Source of the DNA: Candidatus Versatilivorator sp.
Lineage (GTDB): Bacteria; Acidobacteriota; Terriglobia; Versatilivoradales; Versatilivoraceae
Direction of reading: 5' to 3'
Assembly (NCBI GenBank): GCA_965207735.1
Contig: OZ242296.1
Location: forward strand, 4,192,001-4,256,000
Length of the DNA: 64,000 bases
Translations under genes and position numbers: made by a program
Shown: positions 1-9,830 of the stretch, one piece after another
Numbering within the stretch: the first letter of the stretch is position 1
Layout of the letters: every line of letters starts with the position of its first letter
The notes under the pieces: generated by a model
What the model saw: only the letters and a program-made list of their open reading frames with translations
The model's database searches: none
Told to the model about the DNA's origin: nothing

Positions 1-481
1 ATATCGGCTGCAGGTGCTTCCAGGCCGAGGCCTGGCCACCGGGCATCATCGAAGGCCCGAAGCGGGCGCCCAACTCCCCTCCGGACACTCCCGAACCGAA
101 GAAGAGGCAGCGGCCGGAATACTCCCGCTCCCGGCGGATGGTGTCGGTCCAAAGGCTGTTGCCGCAATCCACCACCAGGTCGTCGTCCTCGATGCCCGCC
201 TCCAGGAGCTGTGAGATCACCCGGTCCACCGCGGGCCCCGCCTGGACCAGAATTATCACCTTTCGGGGTTTCCTGAGGGCTGCCGCCAGGTCGGGCAGCG
301 AGGCGCATGCCACCAGCCCGCCGGGAGTCTCCGGGTTGTCGGCCACGAACCGCTCCATGACCGAACGGGTGCGGTTGTAGACCGCCACCTTGAATCCGTG
401 GTCGGCCATGTTCAGGGCCAGATTCTGGCCCATTACGGCCAGACCGATCAGTCCCACGTCCGCGCTAGCGTTTTGAGCCAT
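1..481 (-). CDS. gnd: NADP-dependent 6-phosphogluconate dehydrogenase, 5' part (runs off window start)
   Basis: Manual translation from ATG at 481: [38 protein letters not shown], the canonical GndA N-terminal Rossmann motif. Absent from the ORF track because it is truncated by the window edge. Confidence 0.93.
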   Translation of the reverse strand, partial: MAQNASADVGLIGLAVMGQNLALNMADHGFKVAVYNRTRSVMERFVADNPETPGGLVACASLPDLAAALRKPRKVIILVQAGPAVDRVISQLLEAGIEDDDLVVDCGNSLWTDTIRREREYSGRCLFFGSGVSGGELGARFGPSMMPGGQASAWKHLQPI

Positions 482-538
482 GCGATGCTTTCTTTGGGGG
501 AAACAGGACAGGAGTGCAGCGGCAGGACGTTTCCGATG

Positions 539-1342
539 CTACATGGTCTCCGAACCGACGGCCCGCCCCTGGTCCACGCTCAGTTCGTCCTTGGAGATCT
601 TGTGGACACTCTTGGGGTTGAAGGTTTGGCTGGTTCCGACTCTGAGAGCCACCTCGATTCGGCCGCCCGTCAATACGAAGAACTGCAGGAGGTATCCGCC
701 CCCTTCCATCACTTCCACCTGGTATTCGTCCTCGGGCGTTCCCCCCAACGAGGCGGCCAGTTGCGCCTGAAATGCAGGAGCTTCGACCACCCTGCCGGGC
801 AGAGCCATGATCAAGGTGCCCGGATCCTCCCGGAGGAGTGCCCGGATCCGTTCCCGAATTTCAGCCATCCGGGAAATCAGGCTGCCGGCGAAGGCGACCT
901 CGTCGCCGGGCGCTTGAGCCGGGGGCCGAATGCCCCAGGTGATGTGATGGATGAAAGGATTTCCATACCCCTGGTCCATCATGCGGCGGTAGCCCGTCTC
1001 GTCCAGGGGATGAACCACGGCAATGTGGTCGGGCCAGCCCTTTTCCCGGGCTGGGCTGACCTCCGGCAGCGAAGCCGCCACGTTGATGTAGTCACAGCCG
1101 TCCACCGGAGAGGGATAGCAGCGGTTGTCCGATCCGACCACGTACCCCAAGCTTCTCAGCGGCTCCGCCAGCATCCGGGGCGGCTCCGAGAAGATCGCGT
1201 AGTGGTCGGGGTGATCCATCAGCGGGATCCCCCCGCCAAGTAGTCGATCGCCCACTTCCCTGGCCTCCCGCAGCCGCTCGGCGGCGTTGGGAATGGCCAT
1301 TGTTTCTTCAAATCCCTCCGGCAAAGTCACACGGGCTTCCAT
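539..1342 (-). CDS. Hypothetical protein, possible VOC/HPPD-like metalloenzyme
   Basis: ORF 539..1390; likely ATG at 1342 after a GAGGAG RBS. Motifs DHYAI, DHIAV, FIHHITWGI and YLLQFF...RIEVALR resemble glyoxalase/HPPD metal-ligand strands. Confidence 0.6.
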   Translation of the reverse strand: MEARVTLPEGFEETMAIPNAAERLREAREVGDRLLGGGIPLMDHPDHYAIFSEPPRMLAEPLRSLGYVVGSDNRCYPSPVDGCDYINVAASLPEVSPAREKGWPDHIAVVHPLDETGYRRMMDQGYGNPFIHHITWGIRPPAQAPGDEVAFAGSLISRMAEIRERIRALLREDPGTLIMALPGRVVEAPAFQAQLAASLGGTPEDEYQVEVMEGGGYLLQFFVLTGGRIEVALRVGTSQTFNPKSVHKISKDELSVDQGRAVGSETM

Positions 1343-1390
1343 ATCTCCTCTTGCCAGGCTTGCAGCAAACCGGTGGAAATCGCGGGGCAA

Positions 1391-2851
1391 CTAGGACCAG
1401 AGATCCAGCACCGGATGGCCCTTGACCAGTTCCCGGGGCTGTTCCAGGTGGTTGAGCACTTCCATTTCCGGATTGATCCCCAGTGTGAAATAGACGGTTG
1501 CCAACAGATCGTTGGGGTGAACCGGCTTGTCCTTGGGCGCGGAACCGGTCTCGTCCGAAGCCCCGTAGAGCTGGCCGCCCGGGATTCCGGCCCCGGCAAT
1601 GACCGCGGTGTAGCAGTAAGGCCAGTGGTCCCGGCCGTCGGGAGCATTGGTGTTGCCCGAAGTGCTCACGCCCAGACGAGGCGATCTACCGAACTCTCCC
1701 ACCGCCACCACCAATGTCTCCTCCAGCAGCCCGCGCTGGTGCATGTCTTCCAGCAGCGCTGAGAGGGCCCGATCCAGCTTGGGACAGTGGAGATTGCGCA
1801 AGGGCTTGAAGTTGGAGGCGTGGGTATCCCAGGCATCCACCTCGGGATTGCCGTTGGCCACGGCCGGCCAGTTCAGTTGGACGAAGCGGGTTCCGGCTTC
1901 CACCAGCCGGCGGGCCAGCAGGGCCCCTTGACCGAAGGTGGTTCGACCGTAGCGGTCCCGCATCGCGCTGGACTCCTTGTCCAGATCGAAGGCATCCCGA
2001 GCCTTGCCTGAAAGCACCAGATCGAAGGCCTTTTCGTAGTACTCTCCCAGGGCGTGTTGGCCCACTGCCTTTTCCAGTTCCGGCATGGACTGGTTGAGCC
2101 CCTTCAGCAAGGTATACCGGTCTTTCAGGCGCTGCTCCGAAATTTCCCTGCGCAGCGTCAGATCATCCAGGTTGACGGATTGATTGGGATCCTGGTAAAG
2201 CCGATAGGGATCGTAGGCCTTGCCCAGAAAGCCGGCCGCTCCCCCCTTGCCGATCACGCTGGATTCCTGCAAGGGGCGGGTCAGCTCCACGAAGGGCAGA
2301 ACCGGCTCATCGGGCGGAAGCATCTTGGAAACGTGCGAGCCGGCCGTGGGAAAGTCGGCCGGAGAAGGGGGCTCGAGCTGACCCGAGGGGGCCACTTTGT
2401 CCGGGGGGTAGCCCGTCAACATCTGATAGATGGCGGCGGTATGGTTGAACAGTCCCTTGGGGGTGTAGCTCATGGAGCGGATCAAGGTGCACTTGTCCAC
2501 CTGATCGGCCAGCAGGGGCATGGTCTCGCTGAGCTGAATACCGGGGACCTTGGTCTTGATCGGGTTGAACTCGCCCCGGACGTTGGAAGGAGCCTCCGGC
2601 TTGGGATCCCAGATGTCGAGATGGCTGGGTCCTCCCTGCAGAAAGAGAAGCACCACGTGCTTGGCCGCCCCAAATCCCCGGACTCCGGCGAACTTGGCCG
2701 CCAAGTCGGGCGTGGACGCCGCCTGCGCCTTTTGCATGGCCAGGAAATGGGGCAACCCGAGCCCGAACAAACCCACGGATCCGACCCGCAGAAACTCCCG
2801 GCGGGTGGGTCCATCGCAGAAATTGCCGCCGCGGCCTGGAATCACTAGCAT
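1391..2851 (-). CDS. DUF1501 domain protein with Tat-like N-terminus
   Basis: TRREFLRVG, GGPSHLDIWDPKP, WDTH, GEFGRSP and GRDHW are typical DUF1501 motifs. Confidence 0.9.
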   Translation of the reverse strand: MLVIPGRGGNFCDGPTRREFLRVGSVGLFGLGLPHFLAMQKAQAASTPDLAAKFAGVRGFGAAKHVVLLFLQGGPSHLDIWDPKPEAPSNVRGEFNPIKTKVPGIQLSETMPLLADQVDKCTLIRSMSYTPKGLFNHTAAIYQMLTGYPPDKVAPSGQLEPPSPADFPTAGSHVSKMLPPDEPVLPFVELTRPLQESSVIGKGGAAGFLGKAYDPYRLYQDPNQSVNLDDLTLRREISEQRLKDRYTLLKGLNQSMPELEKAVGQHALGEYYEKAFDLVLSGKARDAFDLDKESSAMRDRYGRTTFGQGALLARRLVEAGTRFVQLNWPAVANGNPEVDAWDTHASNFKPLRNLHCPKLDRALSALLEDMHQRGLLEETLVVAVGEFGRSPRLGVSTSGNTNAPDGRDHWPYCYTAVIAGAGIPGGQLYGASDETGSAPKDKPVHPNDLLATVYFTLGINPEMEVLNHLEQPRELVKGHPVLDLWS

Positions 2852-2904
2852 TTTGTCCCTCCTTCCTAAAATACCTGCTTGTTTTCAGGAATGATCATAC
2901 CGGT

Positions 2905-5388
2905 TCAACGGTTAAAGAGAAAGCCATTGCTGTTGAGCAGCGCCCACAGAAGATCCTGGGCGCCGGCAGCCCGGCTTTCGGAATGCTTCAGATGGTCCAC
3001 ACCGACCTGCATTTCCTGAGAAGTCGGCGGCCGGCTCAAGGTAGCCAGGTGGAGATCCTCCACCAGTTGGCGGTCCGATTTCCCTTGCTGGATGAGAGTG
3101 GCGATGCGGCCCTCGGGAGCCGAGACGGCATTGGCCAGCGTGGGGCCGTTCACCAGATTGAGGGCATGAGGCAGGCTGACATCGCTGCGGCGCTCACACT
3201 CACAGGGTTCTTCCCGTTGCGGGCGTCCGAACAGGTCCAGGAAGCCGCCCTTGCCCACGTGGGGATCGGGGACCTGCACCGCGCTGTAGTCTTCCGGCAT
3301 TTCGGGGAGTTCGAATCGGACCCCGGTAGCCAGGGCGATGGCGTCCGCCAGGGGCTCGGCGCCCAGGCGGCGGGGGATCTGGTGGGAGAAGTTGCGATCG
3401 TCATGCCGGTTCCACTGGTTGGTGCGGAACGTGGTCTGGTAGACCCGGGAATTGGTAATGGTCCTCATGAGATGCTGCAGGTCGAAGTCGTGCTTCTCGA
3501 AGTCCTCGGCCAAGGCCGCCAGCAGCGCTTCATTGACGGGGGGATTGGAGGCGCGGATGTCATCTACCGGGCTGATGATCCCCCGGTGAAAGAAGTAGCT
3601 CCAGACACGGTTCACGATGGCGCGGGCAAAGAAGGGGTTTTCCCTGGAGGTGAGCCACTCGACCAGGGCCGGCCGGCGGTCTCCCTCGGCCAGCGAGGGA
3701 ATGGAGGGCACGGCCCCGCCGGTGACCAGAAACCGGGGATTCACCACTCGCCCGTCCTTGGGGTGCTTCAACTCGTTCTCGACCCTTTTGAGATAGACCA
3801 CTTCCTCTCCGCTTTCGAATCCAGGCCGCACCCCGATTGCAGAGAAAAAGGCAGCCATCTCGAAGTACTGGTTCTGGGTCCACTTTTCAAAGGGATGGTC
3901 GTGACACTGGGCACAGACCATCCGAACTCCCAGGAAGAGTTGGGTGGTGGTCTCCATGGCGGCAGTGGGGCCGCGAGCCGAGAGAAAGAAGTTGGCGGCC
4001 GGATTCTCGAAGGTGCTCCCCTTGGAGGTGAGCAACTCCCGCACCAGCGTGTCATAGGGCTTGTTGTCGGCGATGGATTGGCGCAACCACTCGCGGAAAG
4101 TCCACATGCCCTTGTAGCTCATGAACTTGCGATTGCTGCGCAGCAGATCGCCCCACTTCAGGGTCCAGTAGTCGGCGTAGGCCTGGCTGCGGATCAGCTC
4201 ATCGATGGCCCGGGAACGCTTCCGTTGAGAATCGGTCGGATCCTGAGCGAAGGCCCGAATTCGCTCCGGCTCAGGGATCTTGCCGGTCAAGTCCAAGCTG
4301 ACCCGGCGCAGGAACTCGGCGTCCTCAGCCAGCGGAGAGGGCTGAACCCTGAGCCGCTTCAGCTTCCTGTCGACCAGCTTGTCGATATAGTTGAACTGGG
4401 GCATGGCAGCCCAGACAAACCCGGGCTTGGGATTGAGCACGGTCACGGGAACCATCACGAATTGACCTTCATAGCGAATCATCAGGGTCGATTCTCCCGT
4501 GCGGAGACCCTTCACCCCACTTCCCTCGACGGCCACCGCCTCCACGTCGCTGCTGCCAAGATGCGCCTCCCGGGTCACGTCCCGGGTCGACCCGTCGGGG
4601 TAGCGGGCCACCACGACCACCTGCTGCCTGCGTCCGGGGGCGTGCATGAAGATCTCCCCGGGATGAGCCTCCACCCCTACCACCCGATCCGCCTTGGGAT
4701 CGCCATAGGGAACCTCTTGCTCTATCCAGGTCAGGATGGAGTCGTAATAGGGAGAGCCCAGCGGCAGCACCAAGCCGCCACCGTGGGCGACCTGCTGGGT
4801 GGGCTTGGCCAGCATCAGGCTCTTAGGGGGGTCGGCTCGATTGAAGCGCCGGCCGGACATGTCGTAGAGAAGCGCCCGGTAGTCGAACTCCGCGTCATAC
4901 CCTCGCAGGGAGAGCTTGAACCCGTTCTTGCCCTTGGCCGCCCCGTGACAGACTCCCTGGGAGCATCCCACCTTGTTCATGATGGGCAGGACGTCCCGCA
5001 GAAAGGTTGTCCTGGCGGAACCAGATGAGGCATCCACGCGCACGGCAATCTCGGCCGAATGCCCGCCGGACCGAACCGTCACCCGGGCCTGTCCTTCCCG
5101 GACCGCCCGCAGATAGCTGTCCGGTCCCAACTCGACGATACCGCCTTGCGGCTCGATCCGGGCCCTTTCCGTCAGGTCCAGTCGCTCGCCGCCGGCGGAG
5201 ATGCCGGTGACCAGGATCCTCCGCAATTCTCCCGGCCTGCTGAAAACCAGACCGCCAGGCTGCACCTGCAGCTCACGGATTTCGGCTGGCGGCCCGGCCG
5301 AACCGTCTCCGGCCGGCAGACCAGTGCCGGCGGCCATCAGGATAAGGCTGCCTGCCCAAAGACAGGTCGCTATCGGCTTGGAAACCAT
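2905..5388 (-). CDS. DUF1549/DUF1553 (PSCyt2/PSD1) protein with Ig-like domains
   Basis: Likely start MVSKPIAT at 5388 with signal peptide; CSQGVCHG, EFLRRVSLDLTG, CAQCHDHPF, VNRVWSYFFHRGII and C-terminal DLLWALLNSNGFLF. Confidence 0.88.
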   Translation of the reverse strand: MVSKPIATCLWAGSLILMAAGTGLPAGDGSAGPPAEIRELQVQPGGLVFSRPGELRRILVTGISAGGERLDLTERARIEPQGGIVELGPDSYLRAVREGQARVTVRSGGHSAEIAVRVDASSGSARTTFLRDVLPIMNKVGCSQGVCHGAAKGKNGFKLSLRGYDAEFDYRALLYDMSGRRFNRADPPKSLMLAKPTQQVAHGGGLVLPLGSPYYDSILTWIEQEVPYGDPKADRVVGVEAHPGEIFMHAPGRRQQVVVVARYPDGSTRDVTREAHLGSSDVEAVAVEGSGVKGLRTGESTLMIRYEGQFVMVPVTVLNPKPGFVWAAMPQFNYIDKLVDRKLKRLRVQPSPLAEDAEFLRRVSLDLTGKIPEPERIRAFAQDPTDSQRKRSRAIDELIRSQAYADYWTLKWGDLLRSNRKFMSYKGMWTFREWLRQSIADNKPYDTLVRELLTSKGSTFENPAANFFLSARGPTAAMETTTQLFLGVRMVCAQCHDHPFEKWTQNQYFEMAAFFSAIGVRPGFESGEEVVYLKRVENELKHPKDGRVVNPRFLVTGGAVPSIPSLAEGDRRPALVEWLTSRENPFFARAIVNRVWSYFFHRGIISPVDDIRASNPPVNEALLAALAEDFEKHDFDLQHLMRTITNSRVYQTTFRTNQWNRHDDRNFSHQIPRRLGAEPLADAIALATGVRFELPEMPEDYSAVQVPDPHVGKGGFLDLFGRPQREEPCECERRSDVSLPHALNLVNGPTLANAVSAPEGRIATLIQQGKSDRQLVEDLHLATLSRPPTSQEMQVGVDHLKHSESRAAGAQDLLWALLNSNGFLFNR

Positions 5389-5395
5389 GAAACGC

Positions 5396-7909
5396 TTACC
5401 TCTCGATCGGAATATGAACACCGGCCGTGTCCTCCCCGGCTGAAACCACGATTCTGGAGCGCAGGGGAGCAATACGGTAGGGGACCTTTTCCTTTTCTCT
5501 CCCCGCCAACATGGAGGAGGAAGTGATTTCGAACTCATATTCTCCCGGAGCGGCGGAGTCTTCCGCCCGGCACACCACTCGAAATTCGTCTTCATCCGCG
5601 GGAACTTCCACAGGCGGGCAGGATACGCCCAGCGGAAAGTTCTCCGGTCGGATGCTCACCGGCTGCTTGAAGGCGGGTTCCCGCTCGACCCTGCCCAGCA
5701 GTTCCCCGCCCCCACCCGGCGTCAACCCGATCCCTTCGCCTGCCAGGCTGAGGCGGTATCCCGGCACCACGTCAACCGTCATGGCCCTCGAGTAGACGGT
5801 AACCGGGGCGCCATCCACGTCCAGCAGACCGGTCAGAACCATGTTGAACTTCAGGGCAGGCGTACCCACTGTCGTGCCGATCCTCAGCCAACCCTCGCTG
5901 ATGTACTTGGCGCCGACCTCTCCCACCCTCACGTTCACTTCTCGAGATCCGACTGATCTGGCGACAACCCTTTCCGGAGGGCGAAGTCCGGCCACGGCGC
6001 TCTCGAACTTCCACGGCAGCTGGGTCTGCATTCCCTGCACCAGTCGGATCGACCGGGAACCCTCCACACTCAGCTCAGCCAGGGAGGATTTGGACACCAT
6101 GGCCGGGAGCTCCATTCCCAGCCAGTGGGCTGCGAAGGGAGTCTGATCGTCCCGGTTGTTGGGATCGGGCCGTCCGGTTCCCCGGCTGCTTTGAACCTGG
6201 GTGACCAATCCGGGACCTCGCGCCCTCCGGCGCAGCCGGGTTCCGTCCTCCAGGACCGCCTCTCCCCAAACGGACAATTCTCTCAACCTGGGCGAGGCGC
6301 CCTTGCGGGCGGTAACGGTCAGCATGCCGCTCGCGGACACGGCCCTCTCTCCCTGCACCAGGGAGGCGGCAGGAACCAGCCCGCCTTCGACTACCAGGTC
6401 TTTGCCGGCGTCCGAAATGCCAAGCCGTATTTCCCCCAGGTACCCTCTGCGTTGAATATTGACCTCGACCGCCGCCGTCCCCTCGGCCGGAATATTGACG
6501 TAGGGGGTATCCAGACTCAGGACGAAATCGGCCGTCTGCCGGCGGGCCAGGAGTCGGTAGCCGAACAACGGACCTCCCCGCTCCACCAGGTCCTCCACCG
6601 CCACCAGCAGCTCTCGCACGCCCTCGGGCACCTTCACTTTGAGAAACGGGTCGGAACTGGTCCTCAACCCCCGCAACACTGCCGAGAAGACCGCGATTTC
6701 CGGAATATCGTCCCCCGCCGAGGCCAGGCGATTCCCCTCACTATCGTAGGCGGTCAATCTGCCGTAGAGGCGTGAGGTCCCCAATCCACCTGCTTCCAAC
6801 TGGATCATCCACTCCTCTCCGGGTTTGACTGCCAGACGGTAGCGGTCTACTTCCCCGGGGTTCGCTATGCGTCCGTTGACAACGGTATCCGGCTCAATCC
6901 CGACCTCGGCTCCCCCGTCCGGTTCGCTCGTCTCCGGAAGATCACCCACCGCAAGCAGAAGCGGGAGGCTCCCCGGGGAGCCCGGGACCGGCACCATGGC
7001 GAAATCGGCCGTGGGGCCGACCTGGCTCAGATCCACCGTCACCTCCCTGGATTCCCTGAGGTTGCCGCCCACCAACCGCACCTGAACCTTATCCCCTCTT
7101 CGCCCCCCCAAGGGAAAGAGGCCGGCGGCGTAGGCGAACTCCCCGATCTTCAGCCGGTAGAAGTTCCGCTCCTGCAGGCTGAAACGCGCATCGTGCACCA
7201 TCAGGTAGTAGTCGCCCGATTCGGGCAGGGAGATGTCCAGCCTGCAATCGACACCCAGGCCGTGAGCATCGTTGGAGACGGCGATCTGTTTTTTCTCGGC
7301 CGTCAACAGTCGAATGACCGGATCCAGCGCCGAACCGGCCCGACGGGCTTCCACCTCGACCACCAGGCGCTGCCCTTTTCGGCCCTCGAACCGGAAGAAA
7401 TCCCGGTCGGGCCCGGAAAGCGTCCCGTTGACCGTGGCCGGAAGCTGCAGCGGTTGGCTCCCTTCGGCGGAATTGTTCAAGGCCTTGTGAACCGGTTGGC
7501 GAGACTCCTCCTCGGAAACTTCCGGCAGGGCGCCGACGCTGAACAGCAGCACGTTGGACAGTCCCTCGGAGGAGCGAAGCCGCAAGGTGTAGAGCCCTAC
7601 CGCCGTTTCTTCGGGCAGTTCCACCAGGAAGGGCCGCTTCTCCTCCGTCTTGCCCGGCCCGGCCCCTTGTCCGGAGACGGTCAAGGGCGTGAATGTGCCC
7701 GGCAGGTTGGAGACGATCTCGGCTCCCTGCAAGTGGCTTCCAACCAGAGTGAGGGTGAAAGCGGTTCCCCGCTGGGCTCCCGGCGGATCCAGCCGCTTCA
7801 GGCTCGGGCTGGCGCCCTGGACTGGAGAGGCCAGAGTCCCCAGAAGGAAAGCTCCCAGCAAACCGGCTCCCCGGCAGGCCGCCCAGCAACATCGGCGGTT
7901 CTCCATCAT
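5396..7909 (-). CDS. Secreted PPC (pre-peptidase C-terminal) repeat protein
   Basis: Signal peptide; PPGAQRGT, DRDFFRFEG...LDPVIRL and NGRIANPGEVDRYRL repeats; usual partner of DUF1549/DUF1501 genes. Confidence 0.75.
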   Translation of the reverse strand: MMENRRCCWAACRGAGLLGAFLLGTLASPVQGASPSLKRLDPPGAQRGTAFTLTLVGSHLQGAEIVSNLPGTFTPLTVSGQGAGPGKTEEKRPFLVELPEETAVGLYTLRLRSSEGLSNVLLFSVGALPEVSEEESRQPVHKALNNSAEGSQPLQLPATVNGTLSGPDRDFFRFEGRKGQRLVVEVEARRAGSALDPVIRLLTAEKKQIAVSNDAHGLGVDCRLDISLPESGDYYLMVHDARFSLQERNFYRLKIGEFAYAAGLFPLGGRRGDKVQVRLVGGNLRESREVTVDLSQVGPTADFAMVPVPGSPGSLPLLLAVGDLPETSEPDGGAEVGIEPDTVVNGRIANPGEVDRYRLAVKPGEEWMIQLEAGGLGTSRLYGRLTAYDSEGNRLASAGDDIPEIAVFSAVLRGLRTSSDPFLKVKVPEGVRELLVAVEDLVERGGPLFGYRLLARRQTADFVLSLDTPYVNIPAEGTAAVEVNIQRRGYLGEIRLGISDAGKDLVVEGGLVPAASLVQGERAVSASGMLTVTARKGASPRLRELSVWGEAVLEDGTRLRRRARGPGLVTQVQSSRGTGRPDPNNRDDQTPFAAHWLGMELPAMVSKSSLAELSVEGSRSIRLVQGMQTQLPWKFESAVAGLRPPERVVARSVGSREVNVRVGEVGAKYISEGWLRIGTTVGTPALKFNMVLTGLLDVDGAPVTVYSRAMTVDVVPGYRLSLAGEGIGLTPGGGGELLGRVEREPAFKQPVSIRPENFPLGVSCPPVEVPADEDEFRVVCRAEDSAAPGEYEFEITSSSMLAGREKEKVPYRIAPLRSRIVVSAGEDTAGVHIPIER

Positions 7910-7946
7910 CCTCTTCTCCCTTCCCGCCCGGCCCTGCGCCTACGTT

Positions 7947-9356
7947 CTATGGGCCGGAGGCCGCCATCTCCGCTTTCATCGGGACGGGAACAAAATCCCG
8001 CAACAGCTTCCCCGACGCCACCTCGTGGATCCGCACCCGACCTTCGAACCCCGCCGTGGCCAACTCCCGTCCCCCGGGGTGGAAGGCAAGGGTATAGATC
8101 CCGGACTCATGCCCGGTGCAGGCCGCCAGGCGCTCTCCGCTCTCCGCGTCATAAATGGGGGCCTCGGCTCCCGCGCCGGCTACGGCCAGCTTCCGGCCGT
8201 CGGCGCTGAACCCCAGGGCAAAAATCTCCCCCGACTGGCGTTCGAAGGCGCGGATCAAAGTGCCTTCCTGGCCTGCGAAGATCTTCTTGGGTCGATCCAT
8301 TCGATAGTAATAGGGGATTCGCTCCTCGCCGCCGACCACCACCCGGTCCCGACTGGGATGGCGGGTCACGGCCGCCAACTCCTTCCTCAGCTTGTTGAGG
8401 TTCTCGATGAAGGCTCCCGACTCGGCATGCATCAGTTTGGCCGCGAAATCCCGCCCCACCGAGACGATTCGCTTTCCGTCCATGCCGAAACGGGTCCCCA
8501 GAACCCAGTTCTCATGGTGGTTGGTCTTCAGCAACTCCTTTCCCGAAGACACCTCATGGATCCGGACGGTGCTGTCCGAGCATCCGAAGGCTACTCGAGA
8601 ACCGTCGGGCGAGAGGGAAACCCCGAAGAGGGTGTCCTTGCAAACGGTGACCGAGCGTTTCAACTTGCCGGAGGCGAGCTCCCAAAACTGCAGCTCCCCG
8701 AAACGGGCCGGCGTCCCACCCCCCGCCACCAATGTTTTTCCATCCGGAGTGAAGACCAACGACTGGATGCGATCGGAGAGTCCCACCAGGCGGCCTTCCA
8801 GCCCGCTACCGTCCGATCGGTGCAGCAGGACCTCCCGGTATCCCGAAACGGCCAGCAGGGAACCGTCCGGCGAATAGGCCAGGGCCGTGATCACGGGTGG
8901 CGAGGAATAGACCGGAGGCTCGTTCTGAGAAACCCTGTCGAGCTGGATGGGCGTGTCGTCGGTGGCGCCTGCCTTCACCCAGGCCCGGAACCTGGCGATG
9001 GTCTCCCGGTCCAGCGGCGGACCGCCCAGAGGCATCAGGGGCGGGCGCCTGCCTTCCATCATGGCGATCAACAGGCTTCTCTCGGGATCTCCCGGGACCA
9101 GGCCCGGTCCGCTGTGACCTCCCTTGAGAAGAGTCCGATACTGGGTCAGGTCGAGGTGCCCTTGCTGGATAGCCGGCTGGTGGCAGCCCTGGCAGTGCTG
9201 CTGGATCACCGGACGGATGTCCCGGAAATAGCTGGGAGCCGACGCCGGCTGCTCCTCCGCGGATTCCGCCCTGCCGGGAGCGGAGGGGACCACCGTCCAG
9301 ACCAGCAACAAACACCCCACGGCCTTCAGGAAGGACAACCGAAAAAACCCTGCCAT
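7947..9356 (-). CDS. Planctomycete-type cytochrome c + WD40 repeat protein
   Basis: Likely start MAGFFR at 9356; YFRDIRPVIQQHCQGCH (CxxCH), then repeated xSPDG WD40 blades. Confidence 0.85.
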   Translation of the reverse strand: MAGFFRLSFLKAVGCLLLVWTVVPSAPGRAESAEEQPASAPSYFRDIRPVIQQHCQGCHQPAIQQGHLDLTQYRTLLKGGHSGPGLVPGDPERSLLIAMMEGRRPPLMPLGGPPLDRETIARFRAWVKAGATDDTPIQLDRVSQNEPPVYSSPPVITALAYSPDGSLLAVSGYREVLLHRSDGSGLEGRLVGLSDRIQSLVFTPDGKTLVAGGGTPARFGELQFWELASGKLKRSVTVCKDTLFGVSLSPDGSRVAFGCSDSTVRIHEVSSGKELLKTNHHENWVLGTRFGMDGKRIVSVGRDFAAKLMHAESGAFIENLNKLRKELAAVTRHPSRDRVVVGGEERIPYYYRMDRPKKIFAGQEGTLIRAFERQSGEIFALGFSADGRKLAVAGAGAEAPIYDAESGERLAACTGHESGIYTLAFHPGGRELATAGFEGRVRIHEVASGKLLRDFVPVPMKAEMAASGP

Positions 9357-9550
9357 TGGCAAAAACCTGCGCTTGGAAAGAAATTGGATGGAGCGGTACG
9401 CTTCCAGCCGCAATGATAGGGCTTCCGCCACTCCCCCGTCAAGACGGAGTCGGGCCGCCAACCCTGCCGGGCGAACGACTCCAAGGTGGTTGATCCGGGC
9501 GCTGGGGGCGAGGGCCCGGCTTGTCTGAAACAACCGAAAAAAGGCAAAAG

Positions 9551-9581
9551 ACAAAAGAGTTATCCACGAAGGGGCACGAAG
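9551..9581 (+). repeat. Intergenic CACGAAG-family repeat, copy A
   Basis: ACAAAAGAGTTATCCACGAAGGGGCACGAAG; 30/31 identical to 24593-24623. Confidence 0.8.
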
Positions 9582-9830
9582 GCGTGACGGCTCTGCCGCA
9601 TCGGCAGGGCTGCGGCCTGGCAACCCGGAACGACCCCCTCCAGGGGCACGTGTGATGGGAGGAGGCCCTCCCGGGAGCGCGGGGGTCCCGCCCGCATCGT
9701 CTAGTAATGCTGTCCATCCATGTTCAATAGGTGGAAAACCGAATTGGGACCAACAAACTGCTGAAGATATACTGTGAATTCGTATTCAGCGACCCGCTGA
9801 GAAATGCGGGCGTAACTCGAGAGTCCGAAT

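Noticed and set aside
2983-5028. Long antisense ORFs (e.g. 2983-5028, 7650-9416, 10245-12710, 28565-31042, 40695-41909, 45610-46800)
   Set aside because: Shadow frames of well-supported genes in high-GC DNA; no recognisable motifs.
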